This document shows positions 44,363 through 54,272 of a DNA stretch of 64,000 bases, one piece after another. Every line of letters starts with the position of its first letter. Position 1 is the stretch's first letter. The notes beneath the pieces were generated by a model. That model saw only the letters and a program-made list of their open reading frames with translations, ran no database searches and was not told the DNA's origin. Source of the stretch: Candidatus Micrarchaeota archaeon (GTDB lineage Archaea > Micrarchaeota > Micrarchaeia > Anstonellales > Bilamarchaeaceae); contig CAZYJW010000002.1 of NCBI GenBank assembly GCA_964647855.1, forward strand, positions 4,720-68,719, read 5' to 3'. The position numbers and the translations under genes are program-made.

Positions 44363-46024
44363 ATGAAAAGAGCCGCCCTCCTCATCCTGGTCCTGTCGCT
44401 GTCATACGCCTCGCTGGTCTGGGAGTTCAGCACCGACGGCGCGACCACGTCCAAGCCAGTCCTGTTCCAGGGCGCCATCGTAATGGCGTCAGACGACGGG
44501 AACCTGTACGCGCTCGACCCGGCCACGGGCGCGAAGAAATGGCAGGCGGCGGTGGGAAGGCGCCCTGCGGACATGGTAATCGCGGACAACGCGATATATC
44601 TTGCGGTGAGCGGCGGCAAGGTCATGAAGCTCGGCGCCAACGGCGCGAAACAGTGGGAGACGGACCTCAACAGGACCAACAACGTCACGCGCATCTACGG
44701 AGCGGCAGTCAACCAGAAAACGGTCTATGTAACGGCCGACAACGGCGTTTATGCCATCGAAAAGAACGGAAGCCTCCGCTCGAGGCTGTCGTATTTCAAT
44801 GAGTCCGTGCTCAGCGCGCCCGCTGCGGGTGCGGATTTCGTGGTTTATGGCATGGGCGGCCAGCTTCTGCGCCAGGCAGACAGCGGCGTCGTCGCGTGGA
44901 GGGCGGCGCTCCCTGAAGGCTCGTTCTGGCAGTCCCGGCCGGTCATCGAGGGGAATGTCATCTATGTGGGCGCCCTCGACGACAGCATGCATGCGTACAT
45001 ACTCACCAACGGCATGGAGATATGGAGCGCGAGGACCCGGAACTGGGTCACGAGCACCCCGCTTGTCCGGGAGAATGTCGTGTATTTCGGCAGCAACGAC
45101 GGCAACGTTTACGCGGTGCAGGGCGGTGACGGCAACATCATATGGGCGGCCCCCACGCAGCTCGCGGTCCAGACCCAGCCGGAATACGGGTTCATGGGAG
45201 GCCGCGAAGTCATTTTCGCCGGCGGCACGGACAAGAGCGTATATGCCATCTCCAAGGATGGCGGCGAGGTCGTCTGGAAAGGCTCGTCCACCGCGGCCGC
45301 CGGAAGCCCGCTTTTCTACCAGAACAAGGTCATATTCGGCTCCGAGGACGGAAAGGTGTTCGCATACAGCACCGAGCGCGCCTGCTCGATAGCCAGCCCC
45401 CGGGAGGGGGACGTCATCGGGCGGAAGGAGGTCGTAGTCGGCGGAAAATACGTTTCGGAATCCGGAGACGCGATGGTGATGGTCCAGGTCAACGGTGGCG
45501 AGCTTGTTCCGGCCAACATCACGGACGCGGACTGGGAGTATTTCATGGACCCGAAGGCCAGGCTGGCCCCGGGGCTGAACATAATCTCCTGCCAGGTCGC
45601 GGATTCCGCGGGCAGCGAAAGCGGCCCCGCATTCACCTCCGTCAGCGTCAACCACGACCCGGAGATACCGCTCAGCTCGCTCACGGTCACTGTCTCGCCG
45701 GACATCATGGAGGGCGAGGAATTCACCGTTTATGTCAACGACGGCGACGACGGCTCCCCGGTGGACCGCTTCGAGATTTCGTTCAATGGCGCAGACCCGA
45801 TAAGGGCCGACAAGAACTATTCGACGACGATAGGCCAGGCCGGAGCCTACGACATCGTAGTGAAGAAGATAGGCTTCGAGGATGCGTTTGTCCGCCTCAA
45901 CGTGAGGTCGAGCGGGGTCGACCCCCTCTATCTCGGCGCGGGCGCGCTCCTGATAATCATCATCATCTGGCAGGTATACACCCGCTTCCTCAGGCAGAGA
46001 TTCGCCTCCAAGAAGAAAAAATGA
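44363..46024 (+). CDS. secreted PQQ-like beta-propeller repeat protein with C-terminal TM anchor
   Basis: Signal peptide. Repeated D..G.lYAld..tG...W motifs. C-terminal LYLGAGALLIIIIIW helix followed by a KKKK tail. Confidence 0.8.
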   Translation: MKRAALLILVLSLSYASLVWEFSTDGATTSKPVLFQGAIVMASDDGNLYALDPATGAKKWQAAVGRRPADMVIADNAIYLAVSGGKVMKLGANGAKQWETDLNRTNNVTRIYGAAVNQKTVYVTADNGVYAIEKNGSLRSRLSYFNESVLSAPAAGADFVVYGMGGQLLRQADSGVVAWRAALPEGSFWQSRPVIEGNVIYVGALDDSMHAYILTNGMEIWSARTRNWVTSTPLVRENVVYFGSNDGNVYAVQGGDGNIIWAAPTQLAVQTQPEYGFMGGREVIFAGGTDKSVYAISKDGGEVVWKGSSTAAAGSPLFYQNKVIFGSEDGKVFAYSTERACSIASPREGDVIGRKEVVVGGKYVSESGDAMVMVQVNGGELVPANITDADWEYFMDPKARLAPGLNIISCQVADSAGSESGPAFTSVSVNHDPEIPLSSLTVTVSPDIMEGEEFTVYVNDGDDGSPVDRFEISFNGADPIRADKNYSTTIGQAGAYDIVVKKIGFEDAFVRLNVRSSGVDPLYLGAGALLIIIIIWQVYTRFLRQRFASKKKK

Positions 46025-46069
46025 ACGGAGGCGCGCCCGACCGCTTTTTCCGCGGGTGAAAACCGGGCC

Positions 46070-47806
46070 TTACTCCACGGTGACCGATTTCGCCAGGTTC
46101 CTCGGCCTGTCCGGGTTTATGCCGCGCAGGACGCTCGTGTGGTAGGCGAGGAGCTGCAGGGGGATGACGAGCGCGAATGGATAGAGGTGCTCGGGTATGC
46201 CTTCGGGGAGGGGGATCGTAAGGTCGCTCTCACGCTTCACGCCCTCGTCGTCTGTCAGGCTCAGTATCAGCCCGCCCCGGGCCTTGGCCTCCTGGATGTT
46301 GCCGAGCATTTTCTGCAGCGTAGCGTCGCGCGGCGCAAGGGCTATCACCGGGACCCCCGGGGCAATCAGGCTCAGGGTGCCGTGCTTCAGCTCGCCGCCG
46401 GGGTAAGCCTCCGAATGAATGTATGTGATTTCCTTGAACTTGAGCGAGCCCTCGAATGCGATGGGCACGTTCCTTCCCCGCGCTATGAAAAAAGCGTGCT
46501 CCTTCCCCGCGAGCTTCTGGGCAATCGCCTTGACGCAATTCTCTGATTCGAGCATCCGGGCGACGATGCCCGGGAGCGGCTTGAGCAGCTCCCCGCCAAA
46601 GGCGAGCTTGTAGATGACCGCGAGCTGGGAGGTGAAGGTCTTCGTTGCCGCCACGCCGACTTCGGGCCCGGCGTTAAGGAACACGACCGCGTCGCAGAGG
46701 CCGGTTATGGATGAGCCGACCACGTTCGTGATCGCAAGCTTTTTCGAGGACGGCGCGTGCCTCAGCGCCTGGAGGACGTCCGCGGTCTCTCCGCTCTGGC
46801 TGATTGCCACTACGAGCGTATTGCCATCAGGCTTCGCGATCATCGGGTAGTCGCTCGCTATGAACGCCTGGGCGTTCCTTCCCGCGCCCTGGAGCAGATA
46901 GGCGAGCATCAGGCCGGCGTGGAAGGACGTTCCGGCCGCCACGATGTCTATCCGGGGATGGGAGTCAAGCAGGCGCCTTGCCTCCGCAACATCCGCCGAG
47001 AGGCTTTCGTTGATGAAATGCTTCTGGTCCTCTATCTCCTTCAGCATGAAGTGGGGGTAGCCGCCCTTCTGGGCGGATTCGACGTCCCAGTCCACTGTAA
47101 TCTGGCTCCGCTTCGCCTCCTGGCCATCCTGCGAATAGACCTTGTAGCCGTGCCGGGTGATGACTGCGAAGTCGCCCTCCTGCAGCGGGACGAACGTGCG
47201 CGTGTGCCTGAGCATCGCGGGGATGTCGGATGCGCAGAGCATCTCGCCCTTGCCGACCCCTATCACGAGCGGGCTGTTTTTCCTGGCAAGGAGGAGCCGC
47301 TCCTCGGTGTCCTCCGAGCTCATGGCCACCACCGCATAGGAGCCCTCGAGCCTTCTTACCGCCGCCATGAACGCCTTCAGAAGGGGCTGGGAACGGGCTT
47401 CCTGCTCGATTTGGTGCGCGATTATCTCCGAGTCGGTGTCCGATGAGAAGCGGTGGCCTTCGGCCGCGAGCGCGGACCGAAGTGCGGGATAGTTCTCCAC
47501 GACGCCGTTGTGGGCAAGCGTTATGATGCCCCGGCAGTCCGAGTGGGGGTGCGCGTTCTCGCGGCAGACCGCTCCGTGCGTGGCCCACCTCGTGTGCCCG
47601 ATGCCGATGGACCCGCCCATCGAATCGAAGCCGAGCCGGGCTGAGACGTCCTCCACCATGCCCTTGTCCTTGCGGACCTCGAGCCTGCGCCCGCCAATGA
47701 CCGCTATTCCCACGGAGTCGTACCCGCGGTACTCGAGCCTTTTGAGCCCTTCGGTTATTATCAGGGACGCCTGCCTGGGCCCCACATACCCGATTATCCC
47801 GCACAT
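46070..47806 (-). CDS. glmS: glutamine--fructose-6-phosphate aminotransferase (isomerising)
   Basis: MCGIIGYVG Ntn start, two SIS domains, C-terminal KSVTVE. Confidence 0.95.
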   Translation of the reverse strand: MCGIIGYVGPRQASLIITEGLKRLEYRGYDSVGIAVIGGRRLEVRKDKGMVEDVSARLGFDSMGGSIGIGHTRWATHGAVCRENAHPHSDCRGIITLAHNGVVENYPALRSALAAEGHRFSSDTDSEIIAHQIEQEARSQPLLKAFMAAVRRLEGSYAVVAMSSEDTEERLLLARKNSPLVIGVGKGEMLCASDIPAMLRHTRTFVPLQEGDFAVITRHGYKVYSQDGQEAKRSQITVDWDVESAQKGGYPHFMLKEIEDQKHFINESLSADVAEARRLLDSHPRIDIVAAGTSFHAGLMLAYLLQGAGRNAQAFIASDYPMIAKPDGNTLVVAISQSGETADVLQALRHAPSSKKLAITNVVGSSITGLCDAVVFLNAGPEVGVAATKTFTSQLAVIYKLAFGGELLKPLPGIVARMLESENCVKAIAQKLAGKEHAFFIARGRNVPIAFEGSLKFKEITYIHSEAYPGGELKHGTLSLIAPGVPVIALAPRDATLQKMLGNIQEAKARGGLILSLTDDEGVKRESDLTIPLPEGIPEHLYPFALVIPLQLLAYHTSVLRGINPDRPRNLAKSVTVE

Positions 47807-47849
47807 AGAATACGGTATTCAAAAGGGAAAAAGAGTTTAATAGGTGATG

Positions 47850-48986
47850 CTAAGCCTTTCCGGCGAGCCCGCAAAGGCGCCCGGTCTGAAGGTCGTAGCG
47901 GAGCCGCGTGATGACCAGCTCCCCGGAGTCCAGCATTTCCGCGAGCAGGGGCTTGCCCCCCACCATCATAGAGCGCAAATCCTGCTCCCAGCCGTCGAAC
48001 ATCCCGTTTATCTTGCCGGAGTTCCTGGCGTTCCCGGGCGCAACAAACGGGATGTGCCGCACGTGCAGGTGCTCCACCGCATAAAGGATGGAGGCCTCGT
48101 CGAAGTCGTCGAGCCCGCCTTCGGACCCGGTCGTGTTGAAGACCTCGTTGTGCTGCGCACGGGTGATTGTGCCGATGCTGAATGGAAGGAGGTTGCTCCC
48201 CACAACGACTGCGTGCGGCGCCTGCTTCGTGATACGAGAGGCGAGCTTGCCGTCGGGGTCTGCCTCAGAGTGCCTGAGGTTGAACTGGCTCACGAGCAGC
48301 TCCACTAGGGGGGACGGGGTCGATGAGACGATGCTTATCCCGCCATGCCCCCAGTCGTACATTAGGAGCCCGCTCGCCCTCTGGCCCAGGGGGAGCTCGC
48401 GCAGCTTGGAGAGCTGGGCGGTGCCGTTGTCGGAAGGCGTGGGGCCCATCACGTCGCGCAGGAGGGTGTCCAGCGCGCCGCTTCCGGTGGGCTTCATCCC
48501 GTCATTGACCCAGTCATTCCGGACGCCTACCGCGCCGCAGCTGCAGTGCGCTTCGCACAGCACTGCCCCGTCGGGCCTGATGCGGCCTATGACCTCGATT
48601 ATTTCATCCCTGGATGCCGTCTTGCGCCCTGGAATCACGTTCCCTGCGATTGCTATGTGGATACCCACTGTCTGGTCCGACTCGCTGTCGGTCCTGTGGA
48701 CGCGGGAATCCGAGCAGCGGACTATGGCATAGTCGGCCTGGCCCGCAAGGATTTTAAGGTATCTCTGGTGGGGCGTCATCGGTGCCCCCTTGAGCGCTGC
48801 CGCGTGCTCCGCGTTCCCCTGGAGCAGGAGCTCCAGCGACTCCTGGACGCTCAGTCCGCCCGAGACGTGCTTCCCCCTAAGCTCCTTAAGCCTTGATTCG
48901 GACCAGAGGTCCCTGCTGAAGCGCGCTTTGCGCTCCGCATCGCCTGCGTTCTCCCGCCCTGCCTTTTCGGTTCTTCGTGGGGTCAT
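47850..48986 (-). CDS. tandem (pseudo-dimeric) beta-carbonic-anhydrase-like protein; only the first half keeps zinc ligands
   Basis: The first half has VRCSDSR, IAGNV and HCSCGAV (the CxDxR / HxxC zinc site). The second half keeps the fold-like ending LVITRLRYDLQTGRL but lacks the Cys/His ligands. Confidence 0.6.
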   Translation of the reverse strand: MTPRRTEKAGRENAGDAERKARFSRDLWSESRLKELRGKHVSGGLSVQESLELLLQGNAEHAAALKGAPMTPHQRYLKILAGQADYAIVRCSDSRVHRTDSESDQTVGIHIAIAGNVIPGRKTASRDEIIEVIGRIRPDGAVLCEAHCSCGAVGVRNDWVNDGMKPTGSGALDTLLRDVMGPTPSDNGTAQLSKLRELPLGQRASGLLMYDWGHGGISIVSSTPSPLVELLVSQFNLRHSEADPDGKLASRITKQAPHAVVVGSNLLPFSIGTITRAQHNEVFNTTGSEGGLDDFDEASILYAVEHLHVRHIPFVAPGNARNSGKINGMFDGWEQDLRSMMVGGKPLLAEMLDSGELVITRLRYDLQTGRLCGLAGKA

Positions 48987-49125
48987 GATGGATAACAGGC
49001 TCCAATGTTTTTTAAATGTTGCAAAAAATGCCCGTGGCTGTCAGGGGGGCCCGGCCGGGCGAGTTTTTTTAAACCTTGGAAGGCCATGCTGGAAAAGAAA
49101 ATCAGCCAGTCTGAGGAATGAGTTG

Positions 49126-49695
49126 ATGGACCAGAACGAAGCTTTGAACCGGTTGGTGGAAGGGAACAGGAGATTCGTCGCCGGCGCCATGGAGCGCAGG
49201 GACTTCGGCCCCAGGCGCGAGGAGCTAAAGGCAGGGCAGCATCCCTTCGCGACAGTGGTCGCGTGCTCGGACTCGCGCATAGTGCCCGAATACATATTCG
49301 ATGTGGGCCTGGGCGACATCTTCACGGTCGTTACGGCCGGCAATGTCGTGGACAAAATCGGCATCGGTTCGGTCGAGTACGCCGTGGGGCACCTGCACAC
49401 GCCCCTGCTGGTCGTACTCGGCCATGAGAAATGCGGCGCGGTGACCGCGGCCTACCATGGCCATGCCGAATCGAACATCACGTCCGTAGTCAAGAAAATC
49501 GCCCCCTCCATCAGGAAGGCCAAAAAGGGCGGGCAGGAGGCCGAGGAGATAGAGAGGGCGGCGGATTTCAACGTGAAGGCGGTCATGAGGAAGCTGAAGG
49601 CGAGCCCGGTGGTGAAAAAGGCGCTCGATAGCGGCGCCCTGAGAATAGTCGGCATGCGCTACTCGCTTTCCGGGAACGTCGAAATTATCGCATGA
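49126..49695 (+). CDS. beta-class carbonic anhydrase
   Basis: LVEGNRRF, VACSDSR, TAGNV, GHEKCGAV, RIVGMRYSLSGNVEI. ATG 49126 is preferred over the long track ORF. Confidence 0.9.
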   Translation: MDQNEALNRLVEGNRRFVAGAMERRDFGPRREELKAGQHPFATVVACSDSRIVPEYIFDVGLGDIFTVVTAGNVVDKIGIGSVEYAVGHLHTPLLVVLGHEKCGAVTAAYHGHAESNITSVVKKIAPSIRKAKKGGQEAEEIERAADFNVKAVMRKLKASPVVKKALDSGALRIVGMRYSLSGNVEIIA

Positions 49696-49769
49696 GCATC
49701 CGCAGCGGGCGCCCGCGGGGGCCCCGCCCTCCCCTTTCTTTTTTAAAGACGTCCGGATAGAGTGATTCC

Positions 49770-50207
49770 ATGGAGAAGGTCCTCATATTGAGCGGCAGCA
49801 GGAGCGACGATGAAATCGCCAGGCAGGCCGTCGACGCCCTCGCCGCATTCGGAGTCCCGTGCAGGCACGAGGTCGCGTCCGCCCACAGGAACCCGGAGAG
49901 GGTGGATGGGATAGTAAGGGAAAGCACGGCCCAGGTCATCATCGCTATCGCGGGCCTAAGCGCAGCGCTTCCCGGGATGGTGGCTTCCAGGACCACGAGG
50001 CCGGTCATAGGGGTTCCGGTAAACGCCGCCCTCATGGGCCTCGATTCCCTGCTCTCCATAGCGCAGATGCCCCCCAATGTTCCCGTAGCCGCGGTCGGCA
50101 TCGGCATGGGGAAGAACGCCGCAATCCTCGCGGTCGAGATACTCGCGCTTTCCGACCCCGCCCTCGCGGCCAGGCTGCAGGAATTCAAGGAGAAGCTCAG
50201 GCAGTAG
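49770..50207 (+). CDS. purE: N5-carboxyaminoimidazole ribonucleotide mutase / AIR carboxylase catalytic subunit
   Basis: SGSRSD, SAHRNPER, AGLSAALPGMVAS, PVIGVP. Confidence 0.9.
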   Translation: MEKVLILSGSRSDDEIARQAVDALAAFGVPCRHEVASAHRNPERVDGIVRESTAQVIIAIAGLSAALPGMVASRTTRPVIGVPVNAALMGLDSLLSIAQMPPNVPVAAVGIGMGKNAAILAVEILALSDPALAARLQEFKEKLRQ

Positions 50208-50219
50208 GGAGTGCGGCAG

Positions 50220-51425
50220 ATGGCAGATTCCGAGAAGACGTACCAGCTCAAGAAGATGCTTCGCCAACTCGAAGGCTTCAGGGGGAGCGGGACGGAGCTG
50301 ATTTCTGTCTATATCCCCTCCGGCTCGCCCATCCACGAAATGGGGAACAAGCTGCGCGAGGAGATGAGCCAGGCGAGCAACATAAAGTCCAAATCGACGA
50401 AGCTCAACGTCCTCGGCGCGCTCGAGAAGATCCTCAACCATTTCAAGATATACAAGAGGGCGCCCGCAAACGGAATTGCGGTCTTCGCCGGCAACGTGTC
50501 CGACAACCCCGCCAAGGTCGACATCGAGCTCTTCGCGGTGGAGCCGCCCGAGCCGCTCAATATCGGCGCATACCGCTGCGACAGCCGCTTCTTCCTCGAC
50601 CCGCTCCAGTCCATGCTCGGCTCGACCGATTCCTACGGGGTGGTCGTTCTTGACGGGAGGGAGGCGACGATTGCGATAGTCAAGGGCACGAACATAAGCA
50701 TCGTGAGGCGGCTTAACTCGACCGCGCATGCCAAGATACGCAAGGGCGGGCAGAGCGCAAGGAGGTACGAGCGCCTGATTGAGGAGCAGATCGAGGTTTA
50801 CTACAAGCGCGTGGGCGCTGCGATGGACGACGCCTTCCTGAACCGCGTGAAGGGCGTCATAGTCGGCGGCCCGGGCCCCACCAAGGACTTCTTCATGAAG
50901 ATGAGCCCGTTCAACTACCAGATAAAGGTCCTGGGCGTCGTGGACACGGGATACACGGACGAATACGGGGTCCGCGAGGTTCTTTCAAAGAGCGAGGGCA
51001 TCCTCGCGGAGCAGGAGGCGGTCAGGGAGAAGATTATGATTGACCGTTTCATCAAGGAGGTCGTGGGGGAGGGCCTCGCGACCTACGGGGAGAAACAGGT
51101 CCGCGAGGCGATAACGACCCGCCAGGCGGAGAAGGTCCTGCTGTCCGAGGGCCTCCAGCACATGTCGGGGCTCTACAAATGCGCTTCGTGCGGCAACGAG
51201 GAGAGGCGGGCATCGCGCGGGGAGCCCGAGGGCGCGGTGGCGTGCGGCAAATGCGGCGCGCAGGGCAGGCTGCAGTCAAAGGAGCTGCTAATCGACGACC
51301 TCAACGAGCTCGCCAGGCAGGGTGAGATACCCGTGGAGATAATATCCACAAACACGGTCGAGGGCAACCAGTTCCTGAGCGGATTCGGGGGCATCGGCGC
51401 CTTCCTGCGCTATAAAATCAGATGA
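50220..51425 (+). CDS. prf1: peptide chain release factor aRF1
   Basis: NIKS motif (ASNIKSKST) and GGQ motif (KGGQSARRYER). ATG 50220 is preferred over GTG 50211. Confidence 0.95.
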   Translation: MADSEKTYQLKKMLRQLEGFRGSGTELISVYIPSGSPIHEMGNKLREEMSQASNIKSKSTKLNVLGALEKILNHFKIYKRAPANGIAVFAGNVSDNPAKVDIELFAVEPPEPLNIGAYRCDSRFFLDPLQSMLGSTDSYGVVVLDGREATIAIVKGTNISIVRRLNSTAHAKIRKGGQSARRYERLIEEQIEVYYKRVGAAMDDAFLNRVKGVIVGGPGPTKDFFMKMSPFNYQIKVLGVVDTGYTDEYGVREVLSKSEGILAEQEAVREKIMIDRFIKEVVGEGLATYGEKQVREAITTRQAEKVLLSEGLQHMSGLYKCASCGNEERRASRGEPEGAVACGKCGAQGRLQSKELLIDDLNELARQGEIPVEIISTNTVEGNQFLSGFGGIGAFLRYKIR

Positions 51426-51459
51426 GCCGCCGGAAGGAAAGGGGGCGGCCCTATGACCG

Positions 51460-52131
51460 CTAAAGCCTCTTTATCGAGCAGGAACCGAGCGCGTAGTCCC
51501 TGCCCACATAGACGACCATGCCGTTGGAGTAGTAGTCCACTGAGCCGCTGCCCTCGCGGACGTACACGGCCATACCGTCCTTCATCATGGCGAAGCATTC
51601 CTTGGGCTGGTGGACGCCGTCCGGGGTAACGCAGCCGTCGCGCGATATCGAGAGCGGCGTGACGTATTTCCCGCCCATGCCCGAACTCGCCGCGAAATCG
51701 ACGCCGCATTGCAGGATGTTGTTGCTGACCGCATAGTCCTGCGCCCCCCGGATATCCATCACGATATAGACCTTGGTGGCGTCGAGGAACAGGTTCTTGA
51801 ACGTCTCCGCGTCGACCTTGGCCCCGGGCATGAAGGAGTTTTCAGGCACGATGACCATGAAATAGTAGGCCAGGAACGCCGCCACGGCGAGCAGGGCTAC
51901 GATCGCGAATGCCTTCAATGCCCCGCCCCCCTTTTCCGAAGGCCCGGGCAGGGGCGCGCCTGAACCGGCTTCGGGGCCCGCAGGCGCCGCCCCGGGCGCC
52001 AGTTCCGGGGTTTTCTGCCCGGCGGCCGGCGCCGCGACGGCGGCTTCCGCCGCCGCGCCAGTTACCGGCGCTTGCAATGCAGTTTTCTTCTTTCCGGCTG
52101 CCTTTGTTCTCTTTTTGCTTGCCATAGGCAT
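51460..52131 (-). CDS. hypothetical single-pass membrane protein with Lys-rich N-terminus and Ala/Pro-rich linker
   Basis: MPMASKKRTKAAGKKK..., then an A/P-rich stretch, the TM segment AFAIVALLAVAAFLAYYFMVIV, and a ~140-aa C-terminal domain with 4 Cys. The start overlaps the stop of the upstream gene (TGATG). Confidence 0.6.
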   Translation of the reverse strand: MPMASKKRTKAAGKKKTALQAPVTGAAAEAAVAAPAAGQKTPELAPGAAPAGPEAGSGAPLPGPSEKGGGALKAFAIVALLAVAAFLAYYFMVIVPENSFMPGAKVDAETFKNLFLDATKVYIVMDIRGAQDYAVSNNILQCGVDFAASSGMGGKYVTPLSISRDGCVTPDGVHQPKECFAMMKDGMAVYVREGSGSVDYYSNGMVVYVGRDYALGSCSIKRL

Positions 52132-54272
52132 CAGCTGAAAAGCGCCACGAGCGGGCACGACTGGTAGTACGCCAGGTTGGCGTCTATCTCCGCCCTGCTC
52201 TCGTATATCACCGAGAAGCTGGGCGGCTGGTTCTTCTCCGAATATGACAGAAGGAACGACGACTCGGACTGCTCGAGCGCGTCCGAGCATTCGGAAACAT
52301 CCAGGGTGGCGTTGTTGCCCGCGCTGTCCGTGCGCACGCAGGTGTTAGGCGTCATGGTGTAAAGCGCCCAGGTCTTGTTGCCATCCCCGAACGAGTCCGC
52401 AAGCTTCGCGGCGCATGATTGCATCGCCGCGGCGTCCGATAGCGACGTGCCGTCCAGGCGAAGGAAGATTGCCGTGTCGTTGCGGGATGAGAAGTCCGAA
52501 AGGAACTCGGGGAGCGTCGCGTCCGTGGAGGTCTTGCCGAGGAAGAGGAACATCATCAGGCTGAAGATGAAAATCAGCACGATGATTGAAACGAAAGCCG
52601 CGAGCAGGATATGGGGCGTCTTTGGTATGGTGAAGCGCATCGTGGAGAATATGTAGAGGAAGAAGAGCAGCGCCATGGAGGAAAACGAGAAGAAGACCAG
52701 CAGGGAGAAGAGGCCGAGCGTGGCCGGGCTCTCGGGTATTTCTGAGGGCGGCATGAGCTCGGTCTTCTCCGCCACGTTCGCAATCCCGGTGTTCACCCTC
52801 CGCGCGAAACCGCGGAAAAGCAGGAGGACCCGCGTCGCGGGCGTGTCGCTTTCGGTCTTGAGCAGCGCCTGGCCGTCCTCGGCTAGCGCAGTATAGTTGG
52901 ATTCGAGGCTCTCAAGCTGGGAGAGGGAGAGCCCGTCGCGGAACTGCGCATCGAGGTCCGCCGTCTTGTTCCGCAGTACCTCGAGCGAGTTCAGGGACAC
53001 CGGATCGAGATCCTTGCTTTCGAGGATTATCAGCAGCGAGTTTTCCAGGTTCTTGGCCTCGAGCGTCTGGTTGTACTCGCCCAGGAGGAACCCGGCTCCT
53101 TGGGAAACCTCTTCGGAGAGCGCCTCGTATCTTGCGAGGTCGGTCTCGATTGAGGTGAAGTTATGGCTGTCGATGTCCTCGGGGATTGTCGCGTGGAGCG
53201 ACTCAAGCTGGTCGAGCCTGTCCTGGAGGGAGCGGTTCTGCACGTGCCGCAGGGCCTCCTTGGCAAGCGATATCGTTGCCGTGCCGCTCTCGTTTAGGGG
53301 TGAGAAGACGTCCTCGTAATAGACCTCCATGTTCCCCTGGCGGACGTATTCCATGCGGGTCGAGGTCCGGTTGTGTAATCCGGCGGCCGCGGAGCTGTAC
53401 CCGCTGAAGGGGCCGAGTTTCGATTCCATGGATGCGGACAGTTCGGCGATGTCCTTTGCGGCGTCCTGGTCGAGGTCGAAGGAGGGGCAGATTGCCCAGC
53501 ACTTGTACTGGCATGCCTTCCTGTCGGCGGTGTCGTTTAGCCGCGGTGTGCGGAAAATCGTCGCCTCCACGGTGTCCGCCAGATCGTCGAGCTCTCCGGA
53601 CGTGTCCTTGATGAAGGAGAGGGTTTCCGCCACGTTGGATTCGTTCATTTCCTCGAGCATGAGCGTGTAGTTGGACAGGAGCCCGTCGAGCCTGAGGCTG
53701 GCGGGCGTGAACTCGGTGAGCGGCTCGATTATGACCGATGGGGAGCCCAGGCCGAGCCCCTCCCCGTAAACCCCGAAAAGCAGCATTGCGTTCTTGGTGC
53801 ATGTCTCGTTGTCCACGCACCGGACCGGCTGCCCCGAAACAGTAATCTTGCCGTTAGAGAGAAGGACGTCGTCGCGGCAGATGTATTCCTCCTTTCCCTT
53901 GAAGTCGTAGCCGTCGTTCCGGCTGTCGTTGAATTTCTTTATGAGCGCCCTTAGTTCCTCTATGTCGTCTTCGCCGGGATAGTAGGTGCGCACGTAATGG
54001 CTGTACAGGACCCCCTCTATCCGCGTCAGGTTCGTCATCGGCTCCCCGTTCTTGAGCAGGAACGTTTCCTCGCCTTCGATTGCGACAATCGAATACGCGG
54101 TCGCGTTCATCGTGAAGTTCGTGTAGGACACGGACGCGTTCGATTCTTCCGGATACAGGTAATCGGCCAGGTTGAATGCTGACAACAGGCCAATCACTAG
54201 CAATAGAGCCGCTGCGAACTTATGGGAGGTCATCGGAGATAATTGGGTGGAGCGCTTTAAATACTTTCTCAT
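52131..54272 (-). CDS. large sequon-rich membrane/surface protein, unknown function
   Basis: Start MRKYLKRS... with a signal/anchor helix. ~19 N-x-S/T sequons in the predicted external domain. A cluster of TM helices lies near residues ~500-580. The longer track ORF (to 54908) overlaps the GGPPS gene and is rejected. Confidence 0.65.
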   Translation of the reverse strand: MRKYLKRSTQLSPMTSHKFAAALLLVIGLLSAFNLADYLYPEESNASVSYTNFTMNATAYSIVAIEGEETFLLKNGEPMTNLTRIEGVLYSHYVRTYYPGEDDIEELRALIKKFNDSRNDGYDFKGKEEYICRDDVLLSNGKITVSGQPVRCVDNETCTKNAMLLFGVYGEGLGLGSPSVIIEPLTEFTPASLRLDGLLSNYTLMLEEMNESNVAETLSFIKDTSGELDDLADTVEATIFRTPRLNDTADRKACQYKCWAICPSFDLDQDAAKDIAELSASMESKLGPFSGYSSAAAGLHNRTSTRMEYVRQGNMEVYYEDVFSPLNESGTATISLAKEALRHVQNRSLQDRLDQLESLHATIPEDIDSHNFTSIETDLARYEALSEEVSQGAGFLLGEYNQTLEAKNLENSLLIILESKDLDPVSLNSLEVLRNKTADLDAQFRDGLSLSQLESLESNYTALAEDGQALLKTESDTPATRVLLLFRGFARRVNTGIANVAEKTELMPPSEIPESPATLGLFSLLVFFSFSSMALLFFLYIFSTMRFTIPKTPHILLAAFVSIIVLIFIFSLMMFLFLGKTSTDATLPEFLSDFSSRNDTAIFLRLDGTSLSDAAAMQSCAAKLADSFGDGNKTWALYTMTPNTCVRTDSAGNNATLDVSECSDALEQSESSFLLSYSEKNQPPSFSVIYESRAEIDANLAYYQSCPLVALFS

